A DNA stretch of 62,669 nucleotides, filler included, from Diploschistes diacapsis (taxonomy: Eukaryota): assembly GCA_023645945.1 (NCBI GenBank). It is 16 parts of 16 records of this genome, joined end to end, with 100 filler letters (N's around TTAATTAATTAA, not from the genome) between each part and the next. Parts side by side here need not be neighbours in the genome. Positions count along the whole stretch, not along the records: positions 22,541 to 43,490 come from JALAIB010000321.1; positions 43,591 to 44,968 come from JALAIB010003210.1; positions 45,069 to 46,446 come from JALAIB010003211.1; positions 46,547 to 47,923 come from JALAIB010003212.1; positions 48,024 to 49,400 come from JALAIB010003213.1; 11 more parts are not named here. One strand, given 5' to 3'. Position 1 is the first letter of the stretch. Every line of letters begins with the position of its first letter. A program made the position numbers and the translations under genes. Below, one piece after another: positions 36,078 to 48,898 of this stretch. The notes beneath the pieces were generated by a model. That model was not told the origin of the DNA. It saw only the letters and a list, made by a program, of their open reading frames with translations, and did no database searches.

Positions 36078-37166
36078 CTAGGGATTTGTTTCGATAGATT
36101 GCTCACGCAATTTTTGGTCTGCGATCTTTTTGTACAGTTCAATCTGTTCCGCATGATCTTCGAGACCAAGAGCCAACGAAAATGCCCACGATGCTTCCGC
36201 GTACTTTGCATTATAAGTGAACCACAGGCCTCGATGGAACTGGGCCTTTCTTGCGAGACGGGGCAACGTACGCTGCCAGCAGAACGTCAATACCTCTTCG
36301 CAGATACGTAGAGGTTCGTCCTTATCGTCCACATCCAAGGAGCGTAAGATTGCAGAGAGCAGCAATTTTGCGTTGATGAAGTCGTCCGGTTCGAGCTTCT
36401 CTGGACTGCTTAGCAGTTTTTCTACTTCGGCAAGCGCGGCTGACGGTGAAACTTGGACCGACCAGGCTTTCTCAGCTTTAGAAAGAACTGCACAACTGCC
36501 CAGTTTCCATCCTTCAACCCAGCGACCTTCCTTATCCTTTTTCGATGACTTCTCCACTGGTGTTTCTCCTATTAGTAAGTTGACCAGCGCCAAATCGCGA
36601 ATAATCCAGGACTGTGCATCACAGCGGGCCCGGGCCCAGTCACGTTGTTTGACGACATTCGCGAGAGTGCTGCGAAGAAGCTGGACCTCGTTCCAGTCGT
36701 GTCCTTCAGTCGTATCTTCAGTCGTATCTTCAGACGTCTGCGGGGCTAGGCCTTCATCCGCAAGGAGAGATGACTCAGATAAGGTCGAAAACTGGCTAGG
36801 AGTAGGTGAGACCTCGGAATCTTCTGATATTGAAGGTAAATCATCGTGTGAACTATGTGAATCTTGATCAAAGCCGGCCAACCGAGACAATTGAATCGTG
36901 CCAATGTCTCCAGAGCCGGGATGCAGGAAGAAGGACGCTGGGGTTCGGGGTCCACCGTATTCGAATTCCTCCAATGACTCTACCGATGCAGAAGTAGAAG
37001 CGGGAATAGAAGGCTCAACCTCAGAACGGGAATTTACGGGCGGCTTAGCATCTCCTTGGTTCCCGCAGTCACTGTTGCCTGTCAAACATTGCGAACCACG
37101 AGTGCTCTGTTTTGCTAAATCAATTGGCTGGAGTGGGCTAGTGGAGGTCCGCTGAAGTTGGGTCAT
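36078..37166 (-). CDS. Hypothetical protein: disordered Ser/acidic N-terminus, helical TPR-like C-terminus (start uncertain)
   Basis: 370-codon open frame, first ATG about 37166; an upstream exon from ATG ~37320 is possible. C-terminal ARKAQFHRGLWFTYNAKYAEASWAFSLA is TPR-like. Confidence 0.65.
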   Translation of the reverse strand: MTQLQRTSTSPLQPIDLAKQSTRGSQCLTGNSDCGNQGDAKPPVNSRSEVEPSIPASTSASVESLEEFEYGGPRTPASFFLHPGSGDIGTIQLSRLAGFDQDSHSSHDDLPSISEDSEVSPTPSQFSTLSESSLLADEGLAPQTSEDTTEDTTEGHDWNEVQLLRSTLANVVKQRDWARARCDAQSWIIRDLALVNLLIGETPVEKSSKKDKEGRWVEGWKLGSCAVLSKAEKAWSVQVSPSAALAEVEKLLSSPEKLEPDDFINAKLLLSAILRSLDVDDKDEPLRICEEVLTFCWQRTLPRLARKAQFHRGLWFTYNAKYAEASWAFSLALGLEDHAEQIELYKKIADQKLREQSIETNP

Positions 37167-37696
37167 CTTTGGTAGTCGTTGGTTCCCCAAGGCGTCGATT
37201 CAGCGTCTTTATTTTTTTCTGTTCCGGCAAGATGAGCGAAGATAATAGCCTAAGGAACTCTGATGAATTGTACGAAGTCAGCCTGACGGACCGATCTTGA
37301 ATCTCAGAATCGCGCTCCATATTTAAGCAAATGTCCAAATGGGTTGAATGCAAAGAGCTTAAGACAAGGCACAATGGCATTTTGAATCAGTGAAAAAGAA
37401 CTACCGGCCGTTCTGTACGCTTCTGGTCCAGGTGATGATTTCTTTGTGAAGGTTCAAAAGCCCTGGACAAAGGGTAAGAAGTCCTATACATGCGTGTTGA
37501 AACCGAACCCCTGCAGGGGCCAAAACACAACAAAAAAGTGCCAAGCCAACACGTACGCTTGAAATGACGCAAGTCTCCGAAATCATCATCTAGTCACGCT
37601 ACTCTTTTCTGCTTGAATATCCTCTTGTTGCTTTAGCTCCTTGCACTATTGTGTCAAAACAATTCGAAAGCCTTAAGCACCTAACTTGACCTTAGT

Positions 37697-38565
37697 ATGG
37701 CGGGCTCGGAAGGATCACCGAAAGCCTCGAAGCGCTTTGTACCACTCGGTACGTTCTTTGCTATTGCTCTTAAGGCTTGCACTGATATGTGTCGCAGAGA
37801 ATAACCCCGAAGTGATGACATCCCTTCTCCATAATTTAGGACTCTCCAAGACACTCTCGTTTTCCGACGTATACAGCATAGAGGAACCGGACCTACTGGC
37901 TATCGTACCGCGGCCTTCATATGCACTCCTGCTTGTGTTTCCAGTGAACGATACTTATGAGAAATTCCGACTACAAGAGGATAAAGAAGTGTCAGATTAC
38001 GAAGGTCATGGGGAAGGTGAAGAAGTAATCTGGTTCAAACAGACGATTGGCAATGCATGTGGTTTGATTGGAATATTGCATGGCGCGTCAAATGGAGAGA
38101 GCAGGGGTCATATTGGTAAGCCAGTAAACTTGGAAAGAATGTCGCCTAGTGCTTGCGCACGCTGATCAGACGACAATTGCAGAGCGAGACTCCGATTTGG
38201 ACAAGCTCCTCAAGCAAGCAATTCAGCTCAAGCCTGCCGCTCGCGCTGATCTGCTTTACGATTCTGCTGCGCTCGAGACCGCTCACAAAGCAGCTGCCGT
38301 CAAAGGAGACTCTTTTGCTCCGGCAGCTGAGGAGAAGGTGGAGCTGCACTACGTATGCTTCGTTAAATCCCAAAACAACAACCTATTTGAAATGGACGGG
38401 AGGCGGAAGGGGCCCATTCTGCGAGGCAAACTGGGCCCTGACGAAGATGTGCTGAGTCAGAATGCTCTCGATCTAGGCCCTCGAGCATTCTTGAGAAGAG
38501 AGAAGGAAGCTGGTGGTGGAGATTTGAGATTCAGTCTTATAAGTCTTGGTAAAGGGTTTGACTGA
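37697..38565 (+). CDS. YUH1: Ubiquitin C-terminal hydrolase (peptidase C12, UCH-L3/Yuh1 family)
   Basis: KRFVPL/ENNPEVM, WFKQTIGNACG (catalytic Cys), LHYVCFV (His), LFEMDGRR (Asp), LRFSLISL. Two introns. Confidence 0.92.
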
Positions 38566-39521
38566 GAATTGGAATAGTATTTATTCGGAAGCAGCGATGT
38601 GCTACGGACAAGCAGTTGCCAAAACCCATGCTGGATATCGCATTTACTAATCGAAGCAATACCCTTTTGATTATTATTATCAATTCGATAATGGGCACTT
38701 ACTATTAGCTGAATGAGCCCTTCGACAAAGTCAGCTGCGCTCGGGTGGTTTGGTGGGTACTTATAAAACCAAAAGTGGAAGGAAGACCAGAGGTTAGGGG
38801 CCGTCTAAGCTCAGGGCTTTTCAGGATGTCGGAAAATGAGATAACCAGGTTGTATAAGACTAGGTGCGAGGCTATGATGCTTTTACGGAAGGACATCGGG
38901 AGAGCAGAGGAAGACCACGGGGGCCTCGTGGTAAACCGCAAGATTATCACTGATCAATTGGGTTGGGTATAGAAATCTAGCTTTTTTCGAGATCGTCGTA
39001 TACCCATGGTGTTGAAAAGCCGTATGAAGGACTGCGAAACTATTTTTGGCTTGTGGGATCTAGAACGGCTGTTTCCTTCCATAAGACAGAATAGACCCTT
39101 GGACTCTAGCTACTAAGTATTTTCTTCCACTGGTTGGGATTCATTTGAGTCCGAGACAAGCATTCAGCCTGCGCTCTGTCCTAGCGAGTTTGAAATGACC
39201 GCTCCAAGGGGAAAATGTTAATGAAAATCATCGTGTAGATAGATTGAGAAGGAGTGGATTGATTGGCGTTATGGGCAGGGTAGAGAAAGCTTAGCGCCGG
39301 ACGAGGACTGGTTGATTCGGCCAATCACATAATTTAAGCCCCCGGCTGCTGCGTAAGCGACCGTGCTGATGGCGAATTGCGAGGGTACTACCCTTGCCCC
39401 AGCCCTACGCTATTGACTCGGCTCTGTTCTCTTGTCTTCTGCCTCATGCTTCGACATCTGACATAAGATCCGAGTAAATTTGCTGTATCAGTTAACTACA
39501 TCCATCTGCTTGACGGGCGCC

Positions 39522-42500
39522 ATGGTCACTACGCGTGGTCGCCGATCAGCGGCTGCGGTCGCTGCTGCCGTTCAACAAGAAGAAGATTCTTCACGATCCA
39601 GGCGGCCAAGGGAGAGCATGGCCCAAGAAGGTGAGTTCTAATAAGCCTGGCTGGGCCACCAATGCTCAGGCAGAACTGAGAGCCGTTTTACATTAAACGT
39701 TTTATGTGTCTGCTTGTCGCGCGTTCATCTTCGTGAGCTAACAAGCTGCTATAGATCCCGAATCGAGTGAAGCTGGCGGAACGATCGGTTCACGGCTGCG
39801 GAAGAGAAGGTTTGCAGCCAACGACAGCATAGCGCCGTCAGATGAGACGTCACCAAAAGTGAAGCGCTCAAGACGATCGTGGACACCAGTGGAGCCTAAC
39901 ACTGTTACTGTTTCTACCAAACCGAACCCTGCTGCACCAATTCGGAGTCGTCGCGGTCGCCCTACGAGGGCTTCCGGAGCTGAAGCGACCAACAAACACC
40001 TTGAACAGGAAGCCGCAGAGAAGCTTAACGAATGTCATGAGCGTAGCCAAGCTGCGAAAGCTCAAGATCTTATAAAGACCGTGGAACATACCCCAAATGA
40101 AAGCAATCGGCCAGAATCACCGGCCACGAAGACGGCGCCTCTCGAAACTCTGCCTGTTATCGAGCAGTTTAAAGAGCTTCTTCCTCGTACCTCGACAGTG
40201 CCACTAAATATGGATGAACAAGATTCCTCGCTGCAAGAGATTATCAAGCATTGTGAAAAGGTCGACGGGTACGAAAAATGGGGGAAGAATATTGATACCG
40301 ATGGCTTACCGACTATGGGGGCTGACCCCGAACTCAAAGCTAAAGCGCTTCCCATACTAGCCAACCTCACTACGCAAATATTGCACATCTTTGCGACCTA
40401 CACCTATCTTGATCTTGTCACAGTCGTGGCCGAGCCTGATTCTGAGGCGGGAAAGGTAATATTTCACGTACCTAGGAGACTTAAGCTTACAGATGCCTCG
40501 CAGATCTTCCGTACTTATAATCGACTATTCGAGAAAACGAAGAAGGTGTATGCGACGAAGGATGCCTTCATCAATATTCCAGAAGTTGGCAGCGAATCGG
40601 CCAACGTGATGAAGCAAGGCCACAATGCGAACTTAGCAACCTTCGTTATTAGTTGCTTCGGCAGCGGAGATGTAGGGTTCTATCACCTCAATGAGTATTT
40701 CATGGAAATTTTTGCCAACGACGGAAGCCGTCTCCTCAAGCAGCAAGCCAGTCTTTACCTAGAGTTAAAGACCCAGGCCTATCTATCAGCCATGTCAAAC
40801 CAGGAGCGCATAAAGTCAGTTGTGCTTGATGAGCTATTTCCAGAGGATCTTGAGCAGCGTCTAGTCAACCGCCGACCCGGAGCCAGACCGTTACATCAAA
40901 GTGAGAACGACTTTCTTGAGAGAGCCAAAAACCGCCGCAAACACCTCGAAAATGAGAAGGACGACACTGCAGCTTTGGATATGTTAAAAGACCGCTACAA
41001 ATGGGAAACTTTCCTGTCCGATCTTGCTGGCTATCTCAACAAAAACTTTGAAGGCCTTGTTGGGCAACCAGCATCGACGATTAGAAGGCTTTGTGGGATC
41101 GTCGTGAGCCTTCGGCCCAACTATCAAAAGCTTGAGCCTAATAATTCTCGTGCGCATACTCTGCCTGCGGTTCTCCAGCGTTCAACCCCACCATTGCAAG
41201 CAAATTCACATTCACCCCACCCCCCTCCTCTCCATATTCACCATCCGGCGGCTCCCCCTCCCCCTCCACCTCCATTCTATTACCATCTTCCTCCCGGTCC
41301 GCCACCAATGCTGCCAAATGCTTCTCCGATGATTTCAAATGGGTATCAACCTTCTGGCCTCCACCATGCTGAGGACATAGCTGCGAAGGCAGCAAGGGCT
41401 GCCCAAGAAGCTTTCCAGGGATATCTGCCCAACGGACAGCCGGTCATGGTAAACAGACCAATGCAACCTCCACATCACTACACACCCGGCCCCTACGGTC
41501 CTCCACCGCAACACCCACAACACCCACAACAGCCGCCAGTCCATTACCCCCCACCTCATCAAGGTCCATATGGCCATGGCCCGCCACCGCAACAACAACC
41601 CCATCCGCACCAGATGGGCCCACCCTCTAATACACATTCTCATCAATCTCCGTATCCTCATGGGCCGGCGCAACCGCCGGCCTCACATGCATACTACGAT
41701 CTACAACTTCAAGTCCCTGCACCACATCCACACCATCAGCAGATGCGTGCCCAGCATTCGCCAGCGCATACTCAGCCGTTGCCCCTTCATCCTGGTCTTC
41801 GTCCAGATGGTCATCAATTTCATCCCCAAGCCAGGCATGCACCACCACCTGGCGCATATTATGCTACTCAATCTCCTGCACCGCAGCATTATCCTTCTCC
41901 GCAACAAATGCAGCCGCCACTTCCCAGCTCAATGTACTCCATGCCAGCCGGCCAGTCATTACCAACGGCATTGCTATACGAGAAGGCACGCGCAGTAGCT
42001 TCGAAGAGTTCTTCCTCGGGCCGTAACAAAGGCTCAACAGTCTCCCAACGTCGTCCCTGGACAACAGAAGAAGAGACGGCGCTAATGGTCGGTCTTGACG
42101 TGGTGAAAGGCCCTCACTGGAGCCAGATCCTCGCGCTCTACGGCCCAGGCGGCACGGTCAACGAGGCTCTGCGCGACCGCACGCAGGTCCAGCTGAAAGA
42201 CAAAGCCCGCAACCTCAAGCTGTTCTTCCTCAAGTCCCAGATCGAGGTCCCTTACTACCTCGGCTTCGTCACCGGCGAGCTCAAGAGCAGAGCCCCGAGC
42301 CACGCCGTGCTCGATAGAGAGGGCACGGAGCACACGCCGGAGCGGCATCATCCGGACCGCATCGAGGCCTCTTCCGAATTCGGCGCCGAGGCAACGCCGG
42401 CTGCCGATAGGCCTGTGCCGTCCGTCGAGGACCAGTCCGCTACCGCTGCTGCTGTGGCGCAGAGTGGTCAGATCCCGCTGCTGCAGAACGGCACGTACGC

Positions 42501-42858
42501 GAGTCCGTATGCTGCGCTGCAGTTGACGCAGCAGCAGCAGCCTCTAGGTCCGGGACTGAACGGAACGAATGCCACAGATCACTATGAGAACGATAACATC
42601 GATCCGGCTATCAGACAGAGTACGCACAGTCCCCGAGGCGCGCAAGACCTGGCCAGGTCCGCGGCCGAGCAAGCGGCGCGGAAGATTGCGGCGCTGAACG
42701 GCGGCGCGGCTGCTGGGGTGGGCGGTTCGGGTGAGGCGAGGGCTGGCAGCACGGCGGCGCCCGCAGTCCGTGACTCTGTGCCTCGGCAGCACGTGAGCGA
42801 AGCAGCGGTGGAGGCGCAAGAGGGCGATAGCATTGTCGTCCAGCAGGGCGGCGAGTAG
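39522..42858 (+). CDS. TBF1: Telomere repeat-binding factor (TRFH-like domain + telobox Myb)
   Basis: First exon MVTTRGRR... (ATG 39522); ANLATFVISCFGSGDVGFYHLNEYF, LYLELKTQAY; telobox RRPWTTEEETALMVGLDVVKGPHWSQIL.LYG.GG..NEALRDRTQVQLKDKARNLKLFFLK. An in-frame 48-nt intron near 40456-40503 is read through by the ORF track. Confidence 0.92.
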
Positions 42859-43933
42859 GGCCATGGACGGTCGCGGGAGATACACGGGGCTTTGATCAGT
42901 GGATCCGCCAGTCACAAGCGCGGGTCGGACGTGGGCATATCCTGGCACTTTATCCACCCTGCCCGCGCTCTACGTCGACGATCGAGGTGGCTACGCCGGT
43001 TACGGAGGCCCGACTTTACCCCCTCGTCCCACCACTTTGCTTCGCTCCGCGTTCGCTTTTCGGCCGTGGTGCTGGCGCGCTGGAGGGGGGGGGCAGACAT
43101 ACTCGCTCCTGCCTCTACTATCCTATTCCTATCTATTTTCCTTCCAGGCTACTACGATTTTTTTCTTCCTTTCTTTTCCTGGGGTTGGAATACAGTACCG
43201 GGTCCTTCAAAAAGAACGTGGGCGGGTGGGAAATGTTTGATACCCAACCGGCGTTAGGTAGGCAACACGGCAGCACGGCAGCACGGCGTCGATGCTCGGT
43301 TCCTTCCTTGCTTGCTTGTTTGCTTGCTTGGTTCCGTGCAAAAGGCGGGACTCGTCGGTCTCGGTCTTTGGGTTTTTTCCGCCTCGGTTTTCGGTTTTCG
43401 GTTGTCGGGCTTGGGGACCGGCGGGTGCTGGGGGTGGCTGATGCTAAGTCGTTTGCGGGGGCTTAGGTGGGCGGATAGACGGCGATAGATNNNNNNNNNN
43501 NNNNNNNNNNNNNNNNNNNNNNNNNNNNNNNNNNTTAATTAATTAANNNNNNNNNNNNNNNNNNNNNNNNNNNNNNNNNNNNNNNNNNNNATTAAAAATA
43601 ATAAAAAAAGTATATAAATCGCGCAAAAAGTAAATAAATATAATTAAAGAAAGGGATGACTTTATAGGTACTTATGGCTACAGATAAATTTAGATGATTA
43701 AGAAAGTATCTATAAAACCATGGTACTCATCTTATAATTTATGTGTATAGTAGGCAGAATAGCACTTGCCGTTTTATCGCATGATGGGGATTTCAATGGG
43801 ATCTCTTCTTCCACACCACAGCCACACTGCCTCTTTTCCTTTTTCCTCTCCATGCAAGGTTCTCAGTCGGGGTAGGAAGGGAACAGACGAACATGCTATC
43901 CCCCTGCGTATGCGTATCCGACAACCCCTATGC

Positions 43934-43940
<7 letters not shown>

Positions 43941-43980
<40 letters not shown>
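43941..43980. repeat. (AC)20 microsatellite
   Basis: Direct reading. Confidence 0.97.
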
Positions 43981-43984
<4 letters not shown>

Positions 43985-44634
43985 TATAGCGTTGGTCCCT
44001 AGTACCGAACCGAGAACACAACCCTCATCCTCAAACGAGATGGGGCCACGGAATGTTTATCTTCACGCTTCACGCTGCCCTCCTTCCATACAAGGGGGTA
44101 TCTACGCTATCCGTTTTACGTAAAGTAGACGCTCGTCCGAATCGCGGTTGGGCTAAGTAGCTTGGGTGCTCGACGGCAGCTTCCCACTACGTTGTTGCAT
44201 GCCCCCATTCCATCGGGCACCGCGCCCGCGCTGACTGCGCCGCGCCCGGTTCCCGCCGTTAATAAAAGCGAAGGGACATGCAGGCAGGTTGATTCCCCAC
44301 ACGCAAAGCCGCGGATGGATCATAAGTCTCGGGCTGGGCTGGGTGGGTTCAGGCAATTGAGGAGACAAACGAAGACGGGGAGGTGGGAGCAAGGGCAGTG
44401 TTCGAGCTCGACTCGAAGACTGCAGATGGAGATAAAATTGTTCCCGAGCGAGGGAAAGAAGAATGCACCATGTGGTCATCCCAAAGAAGTTGGAGTCCCC
44501 CGTTTGCGAATAATACACCAATCCATCGATATCCATATTCCCCAGTCGAACACATCTACAACCCACTCCGACCAATCCCTCTCTCCCTTCCTCGACTTTT
44601 CCCCTGCTCCCTCCCACCCAACACACAAACCCTA

Positions 44635-44937
44635 CTAACAAGTAACCAACTGCGCCGACGCCGGTCCCGCGCTCAGCGTCTGGCATCCCGGCAGCTCGGC
44701 CAGCACACCACCGTGCGTGAGCGCCCCACCCATGGGGTTGTCAACCTCGGGGTAGCTCCAGCCGACGTCATCGGAGGGGTTGGTGGACGGGATCATGCAC
44801 GCGGCCATCTCCGCGTCGCTGTAGATGCCCCCGTGGTTGCCGAAACAGGAGCCGTCCGACAGGGGAGGGTTGCCCGTGTTGCCGGGCTTGCAGCTCGGCA
44901 TAGTCGCGTTGAGGGTGCCGGGTGTCCAGCCGTTTAA
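44635..44937 (-). CDS. Last exon of a probable DUF1996-family secreted protein (5' part missing)
   Basis: After a pyrimidine-rich ...cccag acceptor: LNGWTPGTLNATMPSC...C...C...GVLAELPGCQTLSAGP..C*. The NGW...LPGC..GP pattern recalls DUF1996 C-termini; GC-rich coding composition. Confidence 0.55.
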   Translation of the reverse strand, partial: LNGWTPGTLNATMPSCKPGNTGNPPLSDGSCFGNHGGIYSDAEMAACMIPSTNPSDDVGWSYPEVDNPMGGALTHGGVLAELPGCQTLSAGPASAQLVTC

Positions 44938-45418
44938 CTGGGTGGAAAGGGGGAGCCAGTGGGGGGAGNNNNNNNNNNNNNNNNNNNNNNNNNNNNNNNN
45001 NNNNNNNNNNNNTTAATTAATTAANNNNNNNNNNNNNNNNNNNNNNNNNNNNNNNNNNNNNNNNNNNNACTAATTACGGACCCTATTTAACGAAAACCAC
45101 GAGCGAAAGAAACAAGATTTCTTTAAACGAATATATTTAGAATATTTATTAAAACCAACGTCGACATTAAAAAGAACTATAAAACAAAAATAATCGGAAA
45201 TTAGACAAAAATTATAGACTATTTTAAAAAAATATCGAAAAAACTCGATTTCGTTAGCAAGACGAAAACGTTCTTTTCTTCTATTACGATGTATGATCTT
45301 ACGTTAATGACGAGTTAAAGAATTTATTGTTAAAAAAACGGGAGGGAAATCAATTTCGTTTATATAATTAGACCCTTCGGTTTATTGTCGGACCGATAAT
45401 TCCGAAAGAGAAAGATAG

Positions 45419-45880
45419 TGTTACGATCCAAACTACTAACCTATCACGTTCCAGCCACTTACTAGGAAACATTTATTAACGTTCGGGTCACGTGAATTAT
45501 TAGAACGAACGGTACCGCTCCATGCGTTCTATAAAAACAATAAGCGGTGCTCCCTCTATTTCGTGGAAACTATCGTCGGCGTTCTCTTCGCTCTATTAAA
45601 ACACAGGAAACTGGCGCTAATGCTTTATAAAAGACTTAGATATATAATCTTTTTCTTAGACATACCTTTATTCGGTATATTTATTTTTATAAATATCTTA
45701 AATTATTATTCGGGATCAATCTATATTCGTTATTTTTATCACCTTAAAGCCTTCTTTCCAGAAACAGTCTAAGACCTATAACTACTCTATCTTCTTTTCC
45801 TGCCACACTCCTCTTCTAACAGAGACCAAACCTACCTTGATCCTACTCGTGTATACCTTGTATAGATAGAGATCATAACA
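45419..45880 (+). mobile_element. LTR family B (gypsy), probable 3' LTR
   Basis: TGTTACGATCC...GATCATAACA termini, preceded by purine tract GAAAGAGAAAGATAG (PPT-like). Related copies start at 48899 and 60239 (+) and at 56620 and 62508 (opposite end). Confidence 0.8.
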
Positions 45881-46029
45881 TTAAAGTACGAAACATATAC
45901 GCTGCTTCCTCGCTTAAATTAATTTTTAAAGATCTTCGAATATTTGATCTAACGATAGGAATTAGATCGCACGTTTAAGCCGATTTTTTATATTCCGTTA
46001 CATCTAAATTCGGAATATCATTATCTTTC

Positions 46030-46446
46030 GAAATTTATTTAATTGATGTTATTATTAGTAAAGACGTGATTTCGGTATCTTTATTAATCGAATCGTCGAT
46101 GTCGCTTTATTAGACTATAGTGTCCGAATTAACTATAATTTTCTTTTAAGGTTGTCCGTTAATCGGATAATCTTTTATAAAGATAATTATAATTACGTTA
46201 AGATAATACTAATTTATTGCTATTAGGATATCTTTTCTAACAATCTTATTCTTAGATCTATAATTTCGAGCGAAGTAGCCTATTTTGCCACATTTAAAGC
46301 ACTTCTTTCCTTTAGTTGAAGGTCCTCCGCTGGATCTTTTAGTTCCTTTCTTCTAATTAGGCCGGGGTTTGTTAATTAAGGTATCGAGATTTATAGCGTC
46401 GTTGTTTATATATCTTGTAATTTACGTATTTTTTATATAATTAGTT
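46030..46446 (-). mobile_element. Ty3/gypsy gag relic, second copy
   Basis: Minus strand GKKCFKCGKIGYFARNYR; aligns with 21880-22330. Confidence 0.8.
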
Positions 46447-46546
46447 NNNNNNNNNNNNNNNNNNNNNNNNNNNNNNNNNNNNNNNNNNNNTTAATTAATT
46501 AANNNNNNNNNNNNNNNNNNNNNNNNNNNNNNNNNNNNNNNNNNNN

Positions 46547-46802
46547 TCAGTAGATTTACGGAAATGTAGTATCCGTGTCAGTATCCGTGTTTTAAATTTT
46601 TTAATTGTAGTGTCCGTGTCAGTGTCCGTGTTTTAAATTTTTTAATTGCGGTGTCCGTGTCCGTGGATTTACGGAAAGGTAGTGTCCGTGTTAGTGTCCG
46701 TGTTTTAAAATTTTAATTGTCGTGTCGGTTTCAGTGTCCTTTTTTTGAAAATTTTTGCTGCAGTTTCCGTGTCAGTGACCGTGGCACGAAACGGCCAGCC
46801 TA
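46547..46802. mobile_element. End of a TIR element (terminus TAGGCTGGCCGT) with subterminal GTGTCCGTGT arrays
   Basis: Tandem TCCGTGT motifs separated by AT spacers, ending ...ACGGCCAGCCTA. Same terminus at 54760, 59987, 61659. Confidence 0.75.
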
Positions 46803-47241
46803 TATTAAATAATTTGGCTATACAACGGCTAGTTTTCGCTTAATCTAAAATTTTAAAATGACTGAAAAATGATGATAAGGGTTATACAACGATAGTATAA
46901 CGTCGAAAAAATGCTTTTTTTATATTTTTAATGAAATCTACGCATAGAACCGCTTATAATAGCTGATTTAAATAAAATATTTTTTGGTTGGTTAAAGCAG
47001 ATTTTAAAAGATTCGAAAAACCGCTTTTTCTAGTCCTTATTTTTAATTCGCTTAGAAAAATTAACTAATGACGTAATCAATGTGCACTTTTCATATATGA
47101 TAGACAATTGACTAAAAAGTAATATGCTGAAAAATAAATAAAAATAACGATTAATTTCGAAGAATTATTGAAGATTTAAACTATATTTCTTGGCAAAAGT
47201 GGCCAGAATCTGGGGGTGGCCGGAATCCCCGTGAAACACGT
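46803..47241 (-). mobile_element. pogo/Fot1-type transposon end, family 1
   Basis: TIR read inward: TA|ACGTGTTTCACGGGGATTCCGGCCACCCCCAGATTCTGGCCAC. Related TIRs end at 51376 and start at 54925. Confidence 0.75.
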
Positions 47242-47243
47242 TA

Positions 47244-47856
47244 TCGCGTATGTCGTCCTATCGCGGCGAAAAACTATATTCGATTAAATTAATCGTACGT
47301 TCAAGAATCGTCTCTTCTTCTAACACGATTAAATTCATTAAGTTGGCTGAGATATCGTGTTTTAAAATACGACTATCGCGTCGAGCAATAAGCGTCGTAC
47401 AAGAAACCTTATATATCTAAAATACGCGTTTTATGTTAAGATTTAGGTCTTATTTAATAACTTAAAATATCATTATGATTCTATTTTCAATTAAAGATGA
47501 TTCCATAATCGTACGTGTAGAAAATTGATACAATAGTTAAAAGTTCGTAAAATCGGATGGGGGGTATCCGTTCGCTATGAGTGTCCGCTCGCTATGCATA
47601 TACGTTATATAAGAATAGTCTTATGAGATCAAAATAATTTATTGAGCAGACAGGCAGAAGGTATGGCTGGGAGTTCGACTGTGTTCCAGACGGAGGTTCA
47701 GTTCAGCTGAACCTCCTGGAATCTGACTAGACCGATTCGGGAGTAATATAAATAATAAGGCTTAACGAATCTTACAAGATATAAAAGTTGAAAGTTCGTA
47801 AAATCGAATAAGGGGTGTCCGCTCGTTATAAGTATCCGTTCGCTATGCATATATGT
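47244..47856. mobile_element. pogo family-2 ends (to 47605 and 47856) interleaved with an LTR family A fragment (~47640-47785)
   Basis: 47415-47605 is near-identical to 21063-21254; ATTGAGCAGACAGGCAG matches the LTR A start at 56167. Confidence 0.75.
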
Positions 47857-48129
47857 TATAATATTAAATCAATACTGTTCCGTTTTAAAAGACGTATCCT
47901 TATTTAGTTCCTATAAGTATAACNNNNNNNNNNNNNNNNNNNNNNNNNNNNNNNNNNNNNNNNNNNNTTAATTAATTAANNNNNNNNNNNNNNNNNNNNN
48001 NNNNNNNNNNNNNNNNNNNNNNNAATTATATTATATATAAGAAATGGCTGGGAAGTGCCCGACTAACTGTTGCGTGCCAAATACTACCGAACAGTACCTT
48101 GGATCGTAACATCAGCGAGGGTTTTCTTA

Positions 48130-48355
48130 AACCAGTTCACGTCTCGTAATTTAAGTATTATCACGATGATATCGTCGACGTATAAATCAATTAATAACTT
48201 TCGACCTTATAAAATAAAGATATAAGAGTCGGCGTCGTATCTTTTAAATCTTAGGTTTAGAATTATATTGTCGTATTCCTCGTGTTAGTCTTTTATTGCC
48301 TACTTTAGTCCGTATAAACTCTTATTGATTTTTAAGATAGTATTTCTAAGGACGC
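48130..48355 (-). mobile_element. Ty1/copia reverse transcriptase relic
   Basis: Minus strand ILKINKSLYGLK*A...LRFKRYDADSYIF...LYVDDIIV, i.e. copia SLYGLKQ and YVDD motifs with RIP-type CAG>TAG stop. Confidence 0.85.
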
Positions 48356-48898
48356 TACTATAAACACAAGGCGCGCTGTCTAGGGAGACTTCCCTTGCTG
48401 TAGTAGGTAGATAGTCGTAAGGGGTGTAGTAGGGGAATGTAGTGTGATTTCGTAGTCAACAGCATACCTAGGTAAGACATTTGTGAAGTATAGAATGCAT
48501 TCCTTGTCTAGAGCTACCTAGCAGACCTCCTTAAATGCAGCTGCCCTGTAAGAACTACCCCCATCAAGTCTACCGCCTACTTTTATGTTTATATACGACC
48601 CCCCCTCTTAATAATTCGCTGTCCCATAACGAACTCTATATAAATCTCTTTAACAAAAAATCTCTATCCTGCTATCTTTATACCCTAATATAGTCCTTTA
48701 CCTTTCCAGTAACTAAAATACCCAAAAATTTATCATCCTTAATGTTCCTTTTTCGACGTAGCCGTGCTTTTAGACCTATCTCCCTATATTTTATTCTCTT
48801 AAACACAACTAAACAGAAAGGCGGTACTTATCAAAAAACATCCTTATCTCCGACCGTATTTACACCATCCGTAAATACCCTTTATAAAACATTCTTAT

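Noticed and set aside
41070..41130. Possible second GC-AG intron in TBF1
   Set aside because: Frame stays open and no convincing donor or branch point; cannot be supported.
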